From contig CAXXGI010000001.1 of assembly GCA_963674695.2 (NCBI GenBank), positions 704,001-768,000 of the forward strand: DNA of 64,000 bases, given 5' to 3'. Positions 9,587-20,187 of the stretch are shown here, in pieces; the stretch's first letter is position 1, and each line of letters begins with the position of its first letter. The notes beneath the pieces were generated by a model. That model did no database searches, was not told where the DNA came from, and saw only the letters and a list, made by a program, of their open reading frames with translations. This stretch comes from a bacterium. GTDB lineage: Bacteria > UBA10199 > 2-02-FULL-44-16 > JAAZCA01. The position numbers and the translations under genes are program-made.

Positions 9587-12500
9587 TCTTTACCACCTGT
9601 GACTTTCTTCACCCCTGCAAGGAGATTGCCGAATTTTCCATAGTTTACTTTAACGCCATCATCGAGATCCAGCTTGATGCGCTTATCTGCTAAATGGCGC
9701 AGTTCATCATCGAACACAGCAAGTTCCGTGCGTTTCTTCTTTAACGTATCGAGCTGCTTCTGAATCTTATTCTCGGCAGATGTCGAAGTGGCCTTTCCCT
9801 TTTCGCTAATGAGATAATCAACCCGTGCAGTTAGCTTTCCCTGAAGGGGTGTTACATATTCATTTCTCATTCTTGAAAGTGTAGATTCGTTATATCTATG
9901 GAGATAGACAAGACACTCAAAGGCTCCGTATTTGCCGCCTGAAAAAAGCCAATATATCGGTCTCTTCTTGTATGTCTGAAGATGGTCCTTGAAGAAAGAG
10001 TTGCTCAAATAGCGACGTATCGTATCCCTTGGTGATTCTCCGTGTTTTGCAGAGAGGTTCTCGGCAATGAACTTGAGATTCTCCTCAAGATGCTCCTCAG
10101 GCCAAGCAACCTTTATGAAATCTACAAATCGATTGGTTGCATCATCCGGAAACCAATCCATATCCATGACGGGGATAATGCCATCATCATCTGCTGGGAA
10201 TATCCTATATTTTGAGAGATCGAAGCCCTCGTTACCGCTGTGGGCGTAGATGAGGCCCGGCGCGTCCAGGCTGTAGCGGCCCATCATGCAGCCGATGGCG
10301 TAGGAGACCAGCTCTTCCATGGTGTCCTGGCGGAAGCGGGACCACTGCGCATCGATGGTGAGCTTGCCGCCGTAGCGGTAGGCGGGATTCACGGTGAGGG
10401 TGATCTGCTCAGGTGGCACGTCGGGCGTGAGCTCGTCCACCAGGCCGTAGGCGTCGATGAAGAGGCGGTTGTTCTCCTCTTCGAGGCGCTTCATCTCGGC
10501 GATGGTGTCCTTGTTCTGGGTGATCCAGGCGGTGTAGCTAGACTCGAGGGTGGGGGTGGGCTCGGAGGACGCCGTCAGGAGGGGGAGGGATTGAAAGTCC
10601 CAACTAAGCTCCCTCTCGTTATAGTCCTCTCTTGTCAGGTTTATAAGGTCCCGGGCCACCTTCGACACCTGCTCTACATTCTCGGGTCTCGCCAAGGGTA
10701 TCCCTTTGACGGTCCCACACTTGTAGCTCACTGTAGGCATCAATAATTCAGCGACGTGTGTAAAAGGCCGAGAGTTCAAAGCCGAGAGAGCGAGCTCCAA
10801 TTTGTCGCCAACGCACACCGGACCTTTGCCGTCAAACAAGAAGCCTTCAGGGTAGTATTTGACCCCAAAACCCTTCGTTCCCACGTCCGACCAAGTCCCG
10901 CCTTCTTTGAAATACAGAGATTGACTTGGCCGCACATGGCCTTTGAGGCTGCCCATTTCCGTTCTTGCCGTCTCGTCGAAAGCAATGACGAACTCATAGT
11001 TTCCATACCACCTGAGGCACCCCCCCCCTTTGTTGTACGGAATCCATTTCACGCGGAGCGAGTCAATTTCATCTATCCTACGGATTGCCGTCGAGAAGCG
11101 ATTTCGGCCTATCTCCCACCAGCTTCTGACAAACTTCTCATTGTTTGCAGTATGGATACCTTCTCGAAATTGGTAATGCGAGCCAATCGGGTCGTTACCC
11201 TCAAAGAGCCTCGCTAGCAAGTCGCCTTTCCAGTAGACGAGGGGGCTCCCAGGGACTCGCGAAAATTCTATCTGTTTGAACACGAACCTGTTCTTGTCAT
11301 TCAGGAACTGGAATTCCTTCTGTTGTGAGTCCCAGCCTGTAAGGCGAACGTAGGTTCCTTTCCCGGACGAAATCGAACAGCGCCTTAAAGAGAACATCAC
11401 CGTTGACACGATTTCGCCCGGGATCGACTCAAAGGCCCGAGGCCCTAGCTGAGCAAGACTCTGGATGAGAGTTGTCTCGACTATCGCTTCTCTCAACTCT
11501 TGGTACGAAGTCGTAAACATCCAGCTTTGCATTGTGATGATTGACATGCGCGCGCCAGGGGCGCACAGATCCAGCATCCTCTCAATGAAGACGGCGTATA
11601 GGTCCGTTCGCGTCACCTTATAACGGGGCGCCAATCCAGTCTTGAGAGTTGAGTTGAAATTGCCTGAGCCCATGTAAGGCGGATTCGCCACCACCGCGTC
11701 GTACTGCACTGCCAGCAACTCAGCCTGCTGCACCAGCGGCTCCAAGCGCTTTAGCGCCTCCGACACAAAGAGGTCCTGGCTGGTCGCCTCGCTGAGCTGC
11801 TTCAGCGCCGGCAACTTCTTGGCCAGTTCCTCCGGCACCTGAATCAACGACCCAAAGGTCGTGGCGTGCTCAAACAGCCGCTTCAGCTCCGTGAGGTCCC
11901 CCGGAAGCAAATCGTAGTCCGAAAGCTCTACCCCCTTCGCCAGCCCCTCAGCATCGAATCCCGCGCTATCCACCATCGCCATCACATTGAGCTTCACCCC
12001 CCGCTCGAACAGCCGCCGGTCATCCGCCCGCCCCTTCATCATCAGCGCAAAGCCCGTCAGCTGCGCCGCGCGCTCGTCGATGTCGAGGCCGAAGAGGTTC
12101 TTCTCGAGGATCAGCTGCGGAACGTCTCGTTGCCGATAGCCGCGCTCCAGGTAGATGGCCTTGAAGAGCTCATAGGCCTCCACCAGGATGTGCCCGGAGC
12201 CACTGGCCGGGTCGATCAGAGTCAGCTCCTCGGGGTTGAGCTGGCTGGGCGTGATGCTTGCTAGCTGCGCGTTGACATCAATGGTCTGCTCGGCGGGCTC
12301 GATGTAATACTCCATCTGCCCTTTGAGCTTTGAATCGGGATAGGTCGCCAGCCACTGCGCCCCCAGCGAGTTCTGGACCATGTACTTCACGATCCAGTTG
12401 GGCGTGAAGAGCTGGGTCGCCGCCGGGATGTCTTCGGACTTCACCACCTTGCCGATGACCTCGTCCTTCTTCTCCGAGATGTAGAACTGGTAGAGCCAGC

Positions 12501-13122
12501 CGATGATCTCGATGTCCTGCCAGAGCTCTTCAGGAACGGCGGTGACGAGCTCTTTAATTAACGAGTCGGTTTTGGTGAGGTTATCTGGCAGGAGTAATTC
12601 AGTTTCATCGTCGAGTGGTTCAAACAGAAAAGGCATGGCTTGATGCAAAGCATGACACTGTGCGAGCAGTAATTCACGGTAGAGCGCTTCGTCCTGGGTG
12701 CCGTCGAGTTTGAGTTCGATGACCTTCTCGCGGTCGAGACCCGGCAGCTCGACATCAGCCGCATGATCAAGAATCTCAGGATGCGGCTGTCCTTCGGGGT
12801 GACTCAGCACACGGTAGCCGTGGTCGAGGTAGCCGTGAAGTTCCATATAACGAATCGCGGCGAACCGGTTGAACCAGGTGTAGGCGATGGCTTCCATAGT
12901 GGTTTCGAAGCCGTGGGACTGGATGCGATCGACGAGCGACTTGCGAGCAGGGGCGATGGACACGGGGAAAGCCTGGCCACCCACAAGTAGAACATCTCCC
13001 TGCAGCTCTGCGGGCGCATTGCCCTGTGCGGTAATGCCGAACTTGGCTGCCTGCGCACTCACCGCAGCGATGAACGCCTTGCGCGCTTTGGGGGCGTAGC
13101 TGCTGAGCTTGGATGTGTTCAT
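9583..13122 (-). CDS. pglX: BREX-1 adenine methyltransferase PglX
   Basis: AYTWFNR, IPAATQLFTP, DPASGSGH, NPPY, YKKRPIYW, LDLDDGVKVNY. Confidence 0.95.
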   Translation of the reverse strand: MNTSKLSSYAPKARKAFIAAVSAQAAKFGITAQGNAPAELQGDVLLVGGQAFPVSIAPARKSLVDRIQSHGFETTMEAIAYTWFNRFAAIRYMELHGYLDHGYRVLSHPEGQPHPEILDHAADVELPGLDREKVIELKLDGTQDEALYRELLLAQCHALHQAMPFLFEPLDDETELLLPDNLTKTDSLIKELVTAVPEELWQDIEIIGWLYQFYISEKKDEVIGKVVKSEDIPAATQLFTPNWIVKYMVQNSLGAQWLATYPDSKLKGQMEYYIEPAEQTIDVNAQLASITPSQLNPEELTLIDPASGSGHILVEAYELFKAIYLERGYRQRDVPQLILEKNLFGLDIDERAAQLTGFALMMKGRADDRRLFERGVKLNVMAMVDSAGFDAEGLAKGVELSDYDLLPGDLTELKRLFEHATTFGSLIQVPEELAKKLPALKQLSEATSQDLFVSEALKRLEPLVQQAELLAVQYDAVVANPPYMGSGNFNSTLKTGLAPRYKVTRTDLYAVFIERMLDLCAPGARMSIITMQSWMFTTSYQELREAIVETTLIQSLAQLGPRAFESIPGEIVSTVMFSLRRCSISSGKGTYVRLTGWDSQQKEFQFLNDKNRFVFKQIEFSRVPGSPLVYWKGDLLARLFEGNDPIGSHYQFREGIHTANNEKFVRSWWEIGRNRFSTAIRRIDEIDSLRVKWIPYNKGGGCLRWYGNYEFVIAFDETARTEMGSLKGHVRPSQSLYFKEGGTWSDVGTKGFGVKYYPEGFLFDGKGPVCVGDKLELALSALNSRPFTHVAELLMPTVSYKCGTVKGIPLARPENVEQVSKVARDLINLTREDYNERELSWDFQSLPLLTASSEPTPTLESSYTAWITQNKDTIAEMKRLEEENNRLFIDAYGLVDELTPDVPPEQITLTVNPAYRYGGKLTIDAQWSRFRQDTMEELVSYAIGCMMGRYSLDAPGLIYAHSGNEGFDLSKYRIFPADDDGIIPVMDMDWFPDDATNRFVDFIKVAWPEEHLEENLKFIAENLSAKHGESPRDTIRRYLSNSFFKDHLQTYKKRPIYWLFSGGKYGAFECLVYLHRYNESTLSRMRNEYVTPLQGKLTARVDYLISEKGKATSTSAENKIQKQLDTLKKKRTELAVFDDELRHLADKRIKLDLDDGVKVNYGKFGNLLAGVKKVTGGKE

Positions 13123-13220
13123 GCTCCCTCTGGATTATCAGTAACCACCAATATAAATTCACGCCCCGCTTCAGGTGCATAAGCTTTTAATCTAGAATTG
13201 TTAACAACCGATCCTTTCTT

Positions 13221-16200
13221 CTACTGTATCCTCACACGCCCTTTCTTTACGGCAGATATGAGATTGTCACGAAGGACGTTTAAATAGGCATCCACATCTG
13301 CCTCTGTCTCTAAATAGCTTTTCGTAACCAGTGAGGAGGGGCTGACTAAGGTAACTGGTTTGGTTGGTTCCTTTCCATCACCCTTCCTCACTTCTTCTTC
13401 TTCGATCCCTGAGAGAGAGTTTTCGAATTGCTCTCTTGCCTGAGCTTCACAATAGAAAACCCCAGGAATATTTTTGCCCTGCTCAATTTGCTTCTTTATA
13501 TCCTGCAATGGTTTGAGCGATTGATTTCGTAAATCATCCGGTGCCTTGCATTCATCCAGTCTCTCGGAAATCCTGGAGATGTAACCTTCCAATACCGCCA
13601 AAGAATTATCCTGAGCACTTTTGACAAGAGCATTATTAATAGTTGTAGCTCCCGCTATTAACTCATCGACCTCTTTTAGCATTCCGTATGGCTTGGCTGA
13701 GGCGAGGATCTCATCCATTCTTGCAAGGGCTTTGCTTGCTTCTGGATCCTTTGCAAGCTCCTGCCTGTTCGGCCTGAAAGAACCATCCATCGCAGTCCTT
13801 AATCGCTCCCACGTAGACTTTTGATTGGCATAAAAGTCGTTCAATTCATGAATGTTTTCGGATAAGCTCGCCAATACTTCTTTATCTTCGGTAAAGGTCT
13901 TAAAAAATTCATAGCTATCACTTATTGAAAGCGCCTTCCCCAGAACATTTAATCCCTCATCTATTTCCTCTTTACCTGGATAATTTTCAGTATCCGCCAA
14001 CGGCTTATACTCCTTGAGCTTGTCGCTCCAGCCAGTGAGTCTGTCATGGATGAAGGCATAAAGGGCATCTTCTGAATCAGGCCCGATCTTGCTAAATATC
14101 TTCTGACACGCATTACTCGCGACTTTCAACTCCTCTGCTCCAACCGCTTTTCGCTTCAGAATCGTCACAAGCTTCCATTTTGCCGATTTGGTAAGCGGCT
14201 CCACTGCCTGTTTAGGTTCTAGGACACCTCCGTCCATTGCCAGAACGATTTCACCAGCTACAAAGAGACGGGCAATGAGAAGCACTGTTTCCCACTCCGG
14301 CCATCCGAATGGGCGACCTTTGAAGCGATCTACAAGTTCATTCAGTGCAATCCTGTGATTCCTGGATGCGCTGAGGTCAATGAATTGTTTTACCTCTCTC
14401 AAAGCTTGCGCATTCCCTTCAGCCCCCTCAAGCTTGATGACATACTGCCCAATATCATTTGTCATGAGGACTGAACGAATCTCCCGCTGAGGTTCTTCCT
14501 GCAAGGCGTTTAGATAATTCAGTTTCGTGTATATATTTTCAACCATGTATTTAGAAATATCGTAAAGCACGGTACGCGCATTCGACGAAGTCAATGGAAG
14601 GGTTTGACCAAGCGCATAATAATCCGCCTCGGTCAAAAGAGTACCAAGCATTTCGACTAGCCTCTCACGCCGCGCTCCATTCTCGCCAGCCATCTTCCTG
14701 AGTATTTCTTTAAGGCTGTCGGGTGCTGAAGCGTCACTCTTAAGTCGTATGTATTTTTCGACCTGAAGATATGTACGTAGTTCGCCGCCCAATTCTTTTT
14801 TATCAGGTAATTTTATGAGCGCCTTGCCGCTATCTTCGGTACTGTGCATTATACATTGTGAGTTATCATGATTTGAGAAATCATCATTGAGAGGAGTTAT
14901 GACCTCAATGGTCAAATCCTGATCCACCCTGCCGTGAGGATGTCCATCACACAGGCGGTTCAGGCTGTAGTCACTTCGATTTACAGGATAGCGATATTTA
15001 TTCTCATTCTTGAGTACATCGTCATATATGATGGTCGAAAGCAACCTGGCCTCATCACTTGCTGCGACATCAACGTTCTTAATTTCGCGACCAACATCCC
15101 GTTCCTCATTTGTTAAAAAGAAGTAGAGATCACCATTTCTACTGATAAGAGTTTCCTTCTCCAGCCTGACAAGGCTTTCTTGAATCTCTCGTTTGATCTC
15201 AAGTCTATCAGCATCCACGCCATCAATGAAGAGCGTTACGAGGTTATCAATATTAGATTTTATGATGTCTACGTACCTTATGAGAAATAGAGTCCTCAAT
15301 AGTTGCACATCAAAGTGATTCAGACTTCTGTTGTCCTTTGCCTGATCGACCGTCTTTTTCACGGTAGTATCGAGAAAACTTTCTATGGAAGGATAAAATT
15401 CATAAAGAGGAACTAGAGCACCGACCTCCTCTTCAGAAACGCTCTTTGCGGCAGCTTGAAACGCGTCCAGCATGGATCGTTCACCGCGGCTCAAATGGAG
15501 GCCCGTGGCACCTGCTTTCCGGATTGATTCAAATATCTTCTGGACGAGCTGAAACTGGTAAGGTGCAAATGGGTAATTAATAATAAAGTCATTCTTTTCA
15601 CGGTATCTTTCCAACGTAGCCCCACCTGTGAAGCTTAGTTGGTGCTTTATGATCTCCCCCTTCTTCTCAAAAAGCGTATCAAGTTCCTTTGAGGCGTCAT
15701 CTGTTTTCGAGAGCAATCTCCGTTGGATAACCTCATCCGTATTTGAGCTCGAGAGAGAGAGCCGTGTATTAAAGCGGCCTTGAATTTTTGAGAAATCGTT
15801 TGCTTGAGCACCCCTCACTTCCCCCAAAACCCTGTCGATGTCCTCCTGTGAAGTCACCACAACCCACGCTCTTCCCGTGCACATCATTCCCAAATCCTCT
15901 GTAATTGTCTGGAGATTCAACATGAGATGTGTATTTTGGCCTATAAATTGCCCCATCTCATCGACCAGGAAAATGATTCGATGATTTGGCCCTTTAGAGG
16001 CTAGATATTCATTAACCTGACTCGCGAACTTTTCTATGTTTAGAACGTGGCTTTTCTCTGCTTTCTCAAACCACTCTGCAGCACTCTCTTGGCTTTTGTC
16101 GAGAGCCTGTGACAATGCCTTTACGACTTCGTCCTTCATCAGGAGATAGGCATCACGTCCTTGCAACCAATCCTCGCCAGAGCTATCCTTAAATGCCTTA

Positions 16201-16775
16201 TGAAAGCGCTCCAGTACACCTTTAGAGAGTAAATACCGCTCCATCTCGGCAATATGTGGAGCTTCGCCACAGAAACCCTGCATTTCATTAAAAACCCGTA
16301 AAAAGACACGAAGGATGGCATCTCGCCCCTCCTTTTGATCGGCTTTGCTGTCGATATTAAAGAGAATAACGTCTGTGTCTGATGCCACCCCTCTCTTGAT
16401 GTCGCCGAGCAACATTGGATCTTCATCCAACTTCGTTTCAAAGAAGCTTATTGCTTTACGACCCTCATTTGTATCGGGATGTATCGTCGTTCGGTTCGCC
16501 AGGAGATAAGAAAGAAGCTTAATGAAGTGCGATTTTCCAGAACCAAAAAAACCGGAAACCCATACCCCCATTTGAGATGTAATGGCAGGATCCTTGGGAT
16601 TATCCATTGCCGCTAAGTAGGCATCGAAGAATCCGCGGAAATGGTTGGCTAACTCTCTCGTTACAACATATTCATCCAACTCCTGCCATACAATGGAATC
16701 ATCCTGTTGATCCGCCTTGACGACTCCGTTGATCGACCTGAATATGTTTTTGGAAAATATCTCTTTAATCCTCAT
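13221..16775 (-). CDS. brxC: BREX ATPase BrxC
   Basis: INGVVKAD, WVSGFFGSGKSH, FLVDEMGQ, KIQGRF. Confidence 0.95.
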   Translation of the reverse strand: MRIKEIFSKNIFRSINGVVKADQQDDSIVWQELDEYVVTRELANHFRGFFDAYLAAMDNPKDPAITSQMGVWVSGFFGSGKSHFIKLLSYLLANRTTIHPDTNEGRKAISFFETKLDEDPMLLGDIKRGVASDTDVILFNIDSKADQKEGRDAILRVFLRVFNEMQGFCGEAPHIAEMERYLLSKGVLERFHKAFKDSSGEDWLQGRDAYLLMKDEVVKALSQALDKSQESAAEWFEKAEKSHVLNIEKFASQVNEYLASKGPNHRIIFLVDEMGQFIGQNTHLMLNLQTITEDLGMMCTGRAWVVVTSQEDIDRVLGEVRGAQANDFSKIQGRFNTRLSLSSSNTDEVIQRRLLSKTDDASKELDTLFEKKGEIIKHQLSFTGGATLERYREKNDFIINYPFAPYQFQLVQKIFESIRKAGATGLHLSRGERSMLDAFQAAAKSVSEEEVGALVPLYEFYPSIESFLDTTVKKTVDQAKDNRSLNHFDVQLLRTLFLIRYVDIIKSNIDNLVTLFIDGVDADRLEIKREIQESLVRLEKETLISRNGDLYFFLTNEERDVGREIKNVDVAASDEARLLSTIIYDDVLKNENKYRYPVNRSDYSLNRLCDGHPHGRVDQDLTIEVITPLNDDFSNHDNSQCIMHSTEDSGKALIKLPDKKELGGELRTYLQVEKYIRLKSDASAPDSLKEILRKMAGENGARRERLVEMLGTLLTEADYYALGQTLPLTSSNARTVLYDISKYMVENIYTKLNYLNALQEEPQREIRSVLMTNDIGQYVIKLEGAEGNAQALREVKQFIDLSASRNHRIALNELVDRFKGRPFGWPEWETVLLIARLFVAGEIVLAMDGGVLEPKQAVEPLTKSAKWKLVTILKRKAVGAEELKVASNACQKIFSKIGPDSEDALYAFIHDRLTGWSDKLKEYKPLADTENYPGKEEIDEGLNVLGKALSISDSYEFFKTFTEDKEVLASLSENIHELNDFYANQKSTWERLRTAMDGSFRPNRQELAKDPEASKALARMDEILASAKPYGMLKEVDELIAGATTINNALVKSAQDNSLAVLEGYISRISERLDECKAPDDLRNQSLKPLQDIKKQIEQGKNIPGVFYCEAQAREQFENSLSGIEEEEVRKGDGKEPTKPVTLVSPSSLVTKSYLETEADVDAYLNVLRDNLISAVKKGRVRIQ

Positions 16776-16793
16776 ATAACATCTCCCTGGGAA

Positions 16794-17369
16794 TCATGTG
16801 ACGAGCCTAAAAGCACGATAGTAGTTATCATCTTTCAGTCGACCAAAAAGCCTTAGGCTTTGGCCGTCATATATTCCCGGATAAAACATAACGAGTGGAG
16901 TTCTTGACATCAAAGAATGCAGGTTATTCAAAAGCGTGTGTGATCTCAAAAGCGGCCATGCATTTCCTACTCCTGAGACGATAACAATATCGCTATTGTC
17001 GGGATCAGCCACTTCAACGAACACCTTCGCGAGCTTTCCCTCGCTTAATGGACCTACGAGGGCAGCACGAAGCGCTTCGTCTCCTTTTTCCTTTTGAAGC
17101 TTCAGAGATTTCTCCAGCAGATTCCTTTTTTCCAGATGACCGATTATGAGCTTGAAGAGATTTATGTGAATCACTTTAAGGTCGGGCCTTTTCATTGTGA
17201 AGTATGCAAGGATGACATCCATATATTCTCGAATCGCCAATTCCTCTTCCGGGGGATAATCGAATACATAAAAACCTATTTCATTACCCAGCCCCGAGTT
17301 ATCCAGAAACTCTTGAGATTCAAGGCGAGGAATTACTTCATTTAACCTTTGCTTCAATTCTTCATTCAT
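16794..17369 (-). CDS. brxB: BREX protein BrxB (DUF1788)
   Basis: GLGNEIGFYVFDY, FYPG.YDGQSL.LF, NYYRAF. Confidence 0.95.
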   Translation of the reverse strand: MNEELKQRLNEVIPRLESQEFLDNSGLGNEIGFYVFDYPPEEELAIREYMDVILAYFTMKRPDLKVIHINLFKLIIGHLEKRNLLEKSLKLQKEKGDEALRAALVGPLSEGKLAKVFVEVADPDNSDIVIVSGVGNAWPLLRSHTLLNNLHSLMSRTPLVMFYPGIYDGQSLRLFGRLKDDNYYRAFRLVT

Positions 17370-17965
17370 TGCCCGATCTCCATACAGCGAAGCACGTACT
17401 TCTCATTGTTATCAATAAGGTAACGACACATCTCAGGGGCGACTCTATGAGGCAGCAAATTCATTCTTCTTGTGCTGTCGATATATTTTGCCTCCGCCAA
17501 AATTCTAAAAACAACCTGCCTGAGTTTTCTCTTGGTCGTTTCTGACAGATCGCCAAGCGAGCTGTCGCGATGTTCACACTCTTCAAAATAATCAGTCCAG
17601 TCGCGTGCGGATAATTGTTTGTTGAATGTGCGCCAGTGATCTCGGACGACGTCTCTCATAAAATCACCGAGCAAATGACTGTGTTTTATTGAAGCAGCCA
17701 GCAATGCCTGTGTTGCGATCTCGGCTGAGCCGCTGGCTACAAGCTTCCAAAAATCGGGCGTCATCAATTCCAGACGATTGCGGATGAGTCTCGCCATTCG
17801 CTTCGCACTGGGTGGGGATTTCTTTTGGAGAACATTATCTACTATCACAGCCTTGTGCCAGCCCTGCTCATCCATTCCCTTGATCAGCAATTTGGCGATC
17901 CTCTGGCTTTCCCGCATCAAAAGTGAACCAGCTGATATTTCTGCATTGTACCGTGATTTTTTCAT
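17366..17965 (-). CDS. brxA: BREX protein BrxA (DUF1819)
   Basis: GSLLMRES, NVLQK, ETTKRKLRQVVFRILAEA; first gene of the operon. Confidence 0.92.
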   Translation of the reverse strand: MKKSRYNAEISAGSLLMRESQRIAKLLIKGMDEQGWHKAVIVDNVLQKKSPPSAKRMARLIRNRLELMTPDFWKLVASGSAEIATQALLAASIKHSHLLGDFMRDVVRDHWRTFNKQLSARDWTDYFEECEHRDSSLGDLSETTKRKLRQVVFRILAEAKYIDSTRRMNLLPHRVAPEMCRYLIDNNEKYVLRCMEIGQ

Positions 17966-18307
17966 GTTCTTTTTACAATTCCTAATCGGTCACCGTTGAT
18001 TCGTCCAACGGATAAGCTATCCATCACCTCGCCACCAAATGCACCCTAAACACCCGTAAAGCGTAGCGCGCATCTCGGGAGGCGTAAAACGGGAACTGAT
18101 CAAGGGTAAATCATTTTCCTGTTCTGCTTTTTGAACAGAGCTCCCCGAACTATGAATAGGGTTCACGTCCGGGCCTTCATGAAATTGAAATATATGCATA
18201 TTATTTCATGCATTATGATAATAGACATTCTCTTAACATGCTGTATTTACAGGATATTATTAATTTCTCTCCTTTTATTCATTGATGCTTAATAAATGCG
18301 TCAGCGG

Positions 18308-18850
18308 AAAATCGCACTCGGTGTCAGTAATATCAAGCACTTATTGTGCGTGAGAAGAAGGGGGGACATGGGATCTTCTCCGCCACAAAACCGCCGGACA
18401 TGGCCATTTTAAGCGGGGATGACACCGGTCTGAAATCCGTTTTATTTCAATGCCAACACGGCGCGGTTGAAAAACCTCCGCAGGGTGCTGTCGACAGGCC
18501 ACCGCCCGGTGCGGTGGAGAGCCCACCACCTGGTGCGGTTGAGAGGCCTCCTCCTGGGGCCGTCGAGCGCCCACCGCCTGGTGCCGTTGAAAGACCTCCA
18601 CCCGGCGCCGTTGAAAGCCCACCGCCTGGTGCTGTTGACAGCCCACCGCCCGGGGCGGTTGAGAGCCCACCACCGGGGGCCGTTGACAGACCTCCGCCGG
18701 GAGCCGTCGAGAGACCACCACCGGGTGCGGTCGACAGCCCGCTGCGGATGCCGTAGTTCTTCCAGCCCTGGGCCTGGGCCGGCCCGGCGATCGCGACGAG
18801 GGTGACGAGTGCGAGCGCAAACAGCATTCCATTCATGATCTTCATGGGGC
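18308..18850. repeat. Diverged direct repeat copy A (repeat-protein gene plus conserved downstream flank)
   Basis: Homologous to ~21713-22250, including ~140 bp non-coding flank with an IHF-consensus match TATCAAGCACTTA (18331-18343). Confidence 0.85.
18447..18845 (-). CDS. Secreted glycine-rich (GGGLSTAP)12 repeat protein, copy 1
   Basis: AAGGAGG RBS, signal peptide ending AQA, 12 STAP units from codon-diversified 24-bp repeats, C-terminal C..CWH; 132 aa. Confidence 0.85.
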   Translation of the reverse strand: MKIMNGMLFALALVTLVAIAGPAQAQGWKNYGIRSGLSTAPGGGLSTAPGGGLSTAPGGGLSTAPGGGLSTAPGGGLSTAPGGGLSTAPGGGRSTAPGGGLSTAPGGGLSTAPGGGLSTAPCGGFSTAPCWH

Positions 18851-18875
18851 CTCCTTGTCTGTTCCCGTTGATACC

Positions 18876-18909
18876 AGTCTTGCACATGCGTGTGTCAGGG
18901 AAGGACGTG
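18876..18909 (-). promoter_or_regulatory. Putative WYL-dependent promoter
   Basis: Minus strand CACGTCC-TTCCC-TGACA-N11-AAGACT. Confidence 0.6.
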
Positions 18910-18930
18910 GGGGTGGGGAGAAATCTTTCT

Positions 18931-19050
18931 GGATCCCCGATTCAAGCACTCCCGCCAGAGGCGGGCAAGCGGGGATGACAGAAATAAGGCGGGATGACAA
19001 GGCGTGGGGGAGCACAAGACTGGATCCCCGATTCCATCACTCGGGGATAA
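18931..19050. repeat. REP-like palindromic cluster
   Basis: GGATCCCCGA...CCCGCCAGAGGCGGGCAAGCGGGGATGAC units also at 22.3 and 23.2 kb. Confidence 0.75.
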
Positions 19051-19180
19051 CGGGTGTGGGGGGTGGGAGGAATGTGAATATGCAATATGAAGATGCCACC
19101 TGCAAATTACATACCTCTCCTGCAAAGGAAAGGCGTCAGACGAAGTGAACTGAGTTCCATCTTCATGACTACTTCACCTT

Positions 19181-19750
19181 TCAAGAGAAGGGCCAATGGC
19201 CTACATCATCAAATGCTTCGAGATCATCCTCGATATACTGTCCTGATTGACAATCAGTTCCCCAACAACCTCCGTTTGTATCCAGGGCACCGCAATTTGC
19301 GTATGGAGGCTCGGTAGACGGCGTTTTGTCCGAAGATCTCCAATACACGCCCTTCTCACCACACCCTTCCAGGTAATACAGTCCCTCCGATCCTCGGTAC
19401 ACCGCCGTTGTTTCACATGGGGCCCGCCACGGCATAACGTCCAGAACATAGCTTTCATCGAGTATGACCTTACGGAGCTTATGTTCTCCACGCATGACGT
19501 GGAGGAAACAGACAAGACAGAGCAGTTTATGAGGATGAAAAGTGGAATGCTTTGCAGGCCTATGTAATGCAGAATATATTGCCAACATCCCGTTATAGCA
19601 TTTGGCATTTCCTTCATACACGTACGACGGAAGTGATACCGTACCAGGAAGCTCAGCATCACACACGTAAATAGAGTATTCCAGCGGTTTGTCCGTTACG
19701 TATCTGTCAGAAAAGACATTCATATCGATATCCCTGCTCATCATGCTCAC
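19181..19750 (-). CDS. Hypothetical Cys/His-rich protein
   Basis: 189-aa ORF with 4-nt overlap of the upstream ORF. Confidence 0.6.
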   Translation of the reverse strand: MSMMSRDIDMNVFSDRYVTDKPLEYSIYVCDAELPGTVSLPSYVYEGNAKCYNGMLAIYSALHRPAKHSTFHPHKLLCLVCFLHVMRGEHKLRKVILDESYVLDVMPWRAPCETTAVYRGSEGLYYLEGCGEKGVYWRSSDKTPSTEPPYANCGALDTNGGCWGTDCQSGQYIEDDLEAFDDVGHWPFS

Positions 19751-20175
19751 TTCTTCTTGATCACTCGATCAAGTTCTGCACGAGCAATGTCGATGTCGCC
19801 TGCCAGGAGATCTGTTGCAAGAATTTCAGCGTGGCCATCATTGTAGAGCTCGTGGACCTGAACAAATATGCTTTCAACGATTTTTTCCGGATTCAACGCA
19901 ACAAGGACGAATCGCCACCAGCAATGCGGACAGCCACACTCCTGTACGGTAAATTTATAGACCCAAAGCCCCTCCCCACACGGCAGGGCATAGTGATACT
20001 GAGGACTTCCCTGGTCATACCACGTTTCTGTACTTGCCGATGCGTCAAACCGGCCGCCGATGTAGCCTTTTGCCCACGAAGGAACGGGTGGATATTTTCT
20101 GCCGGTTTTCTTTTTGGCTGGATTCTTCTTAACTACCTTTTTCTTCACCGCCTTTTTGTTTTCCACCATAAACAT
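19747..20175 (-). CDS. Hypothetical protein with Lys-rich N-terminus and CGCPHC motif
   Basis: GGAGG RBS; 142 aa. Confidence 0.65.
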   Translation of the reverse strand: MFMVENKKAVKKKVVKKNPAKKKTGRKYPPVPSWAKGYIGGRFDASASTETWYDQGSPQYHYALPCGEGLWVYKFTVQECGCPHCWWRFVLVALNPEKIVESIFVQVHELYNDGHAEILATDLLAGDIDIARAELDRVIKKK

Positions 20176-20187
20176 CCTCCGATTCCT

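Noticed and set aside
18447-18745. 24-bp periodic array as CRISPR
   Set aside because: No unique spacers or cas genes; variation sits at third codon positions of a coding repeat
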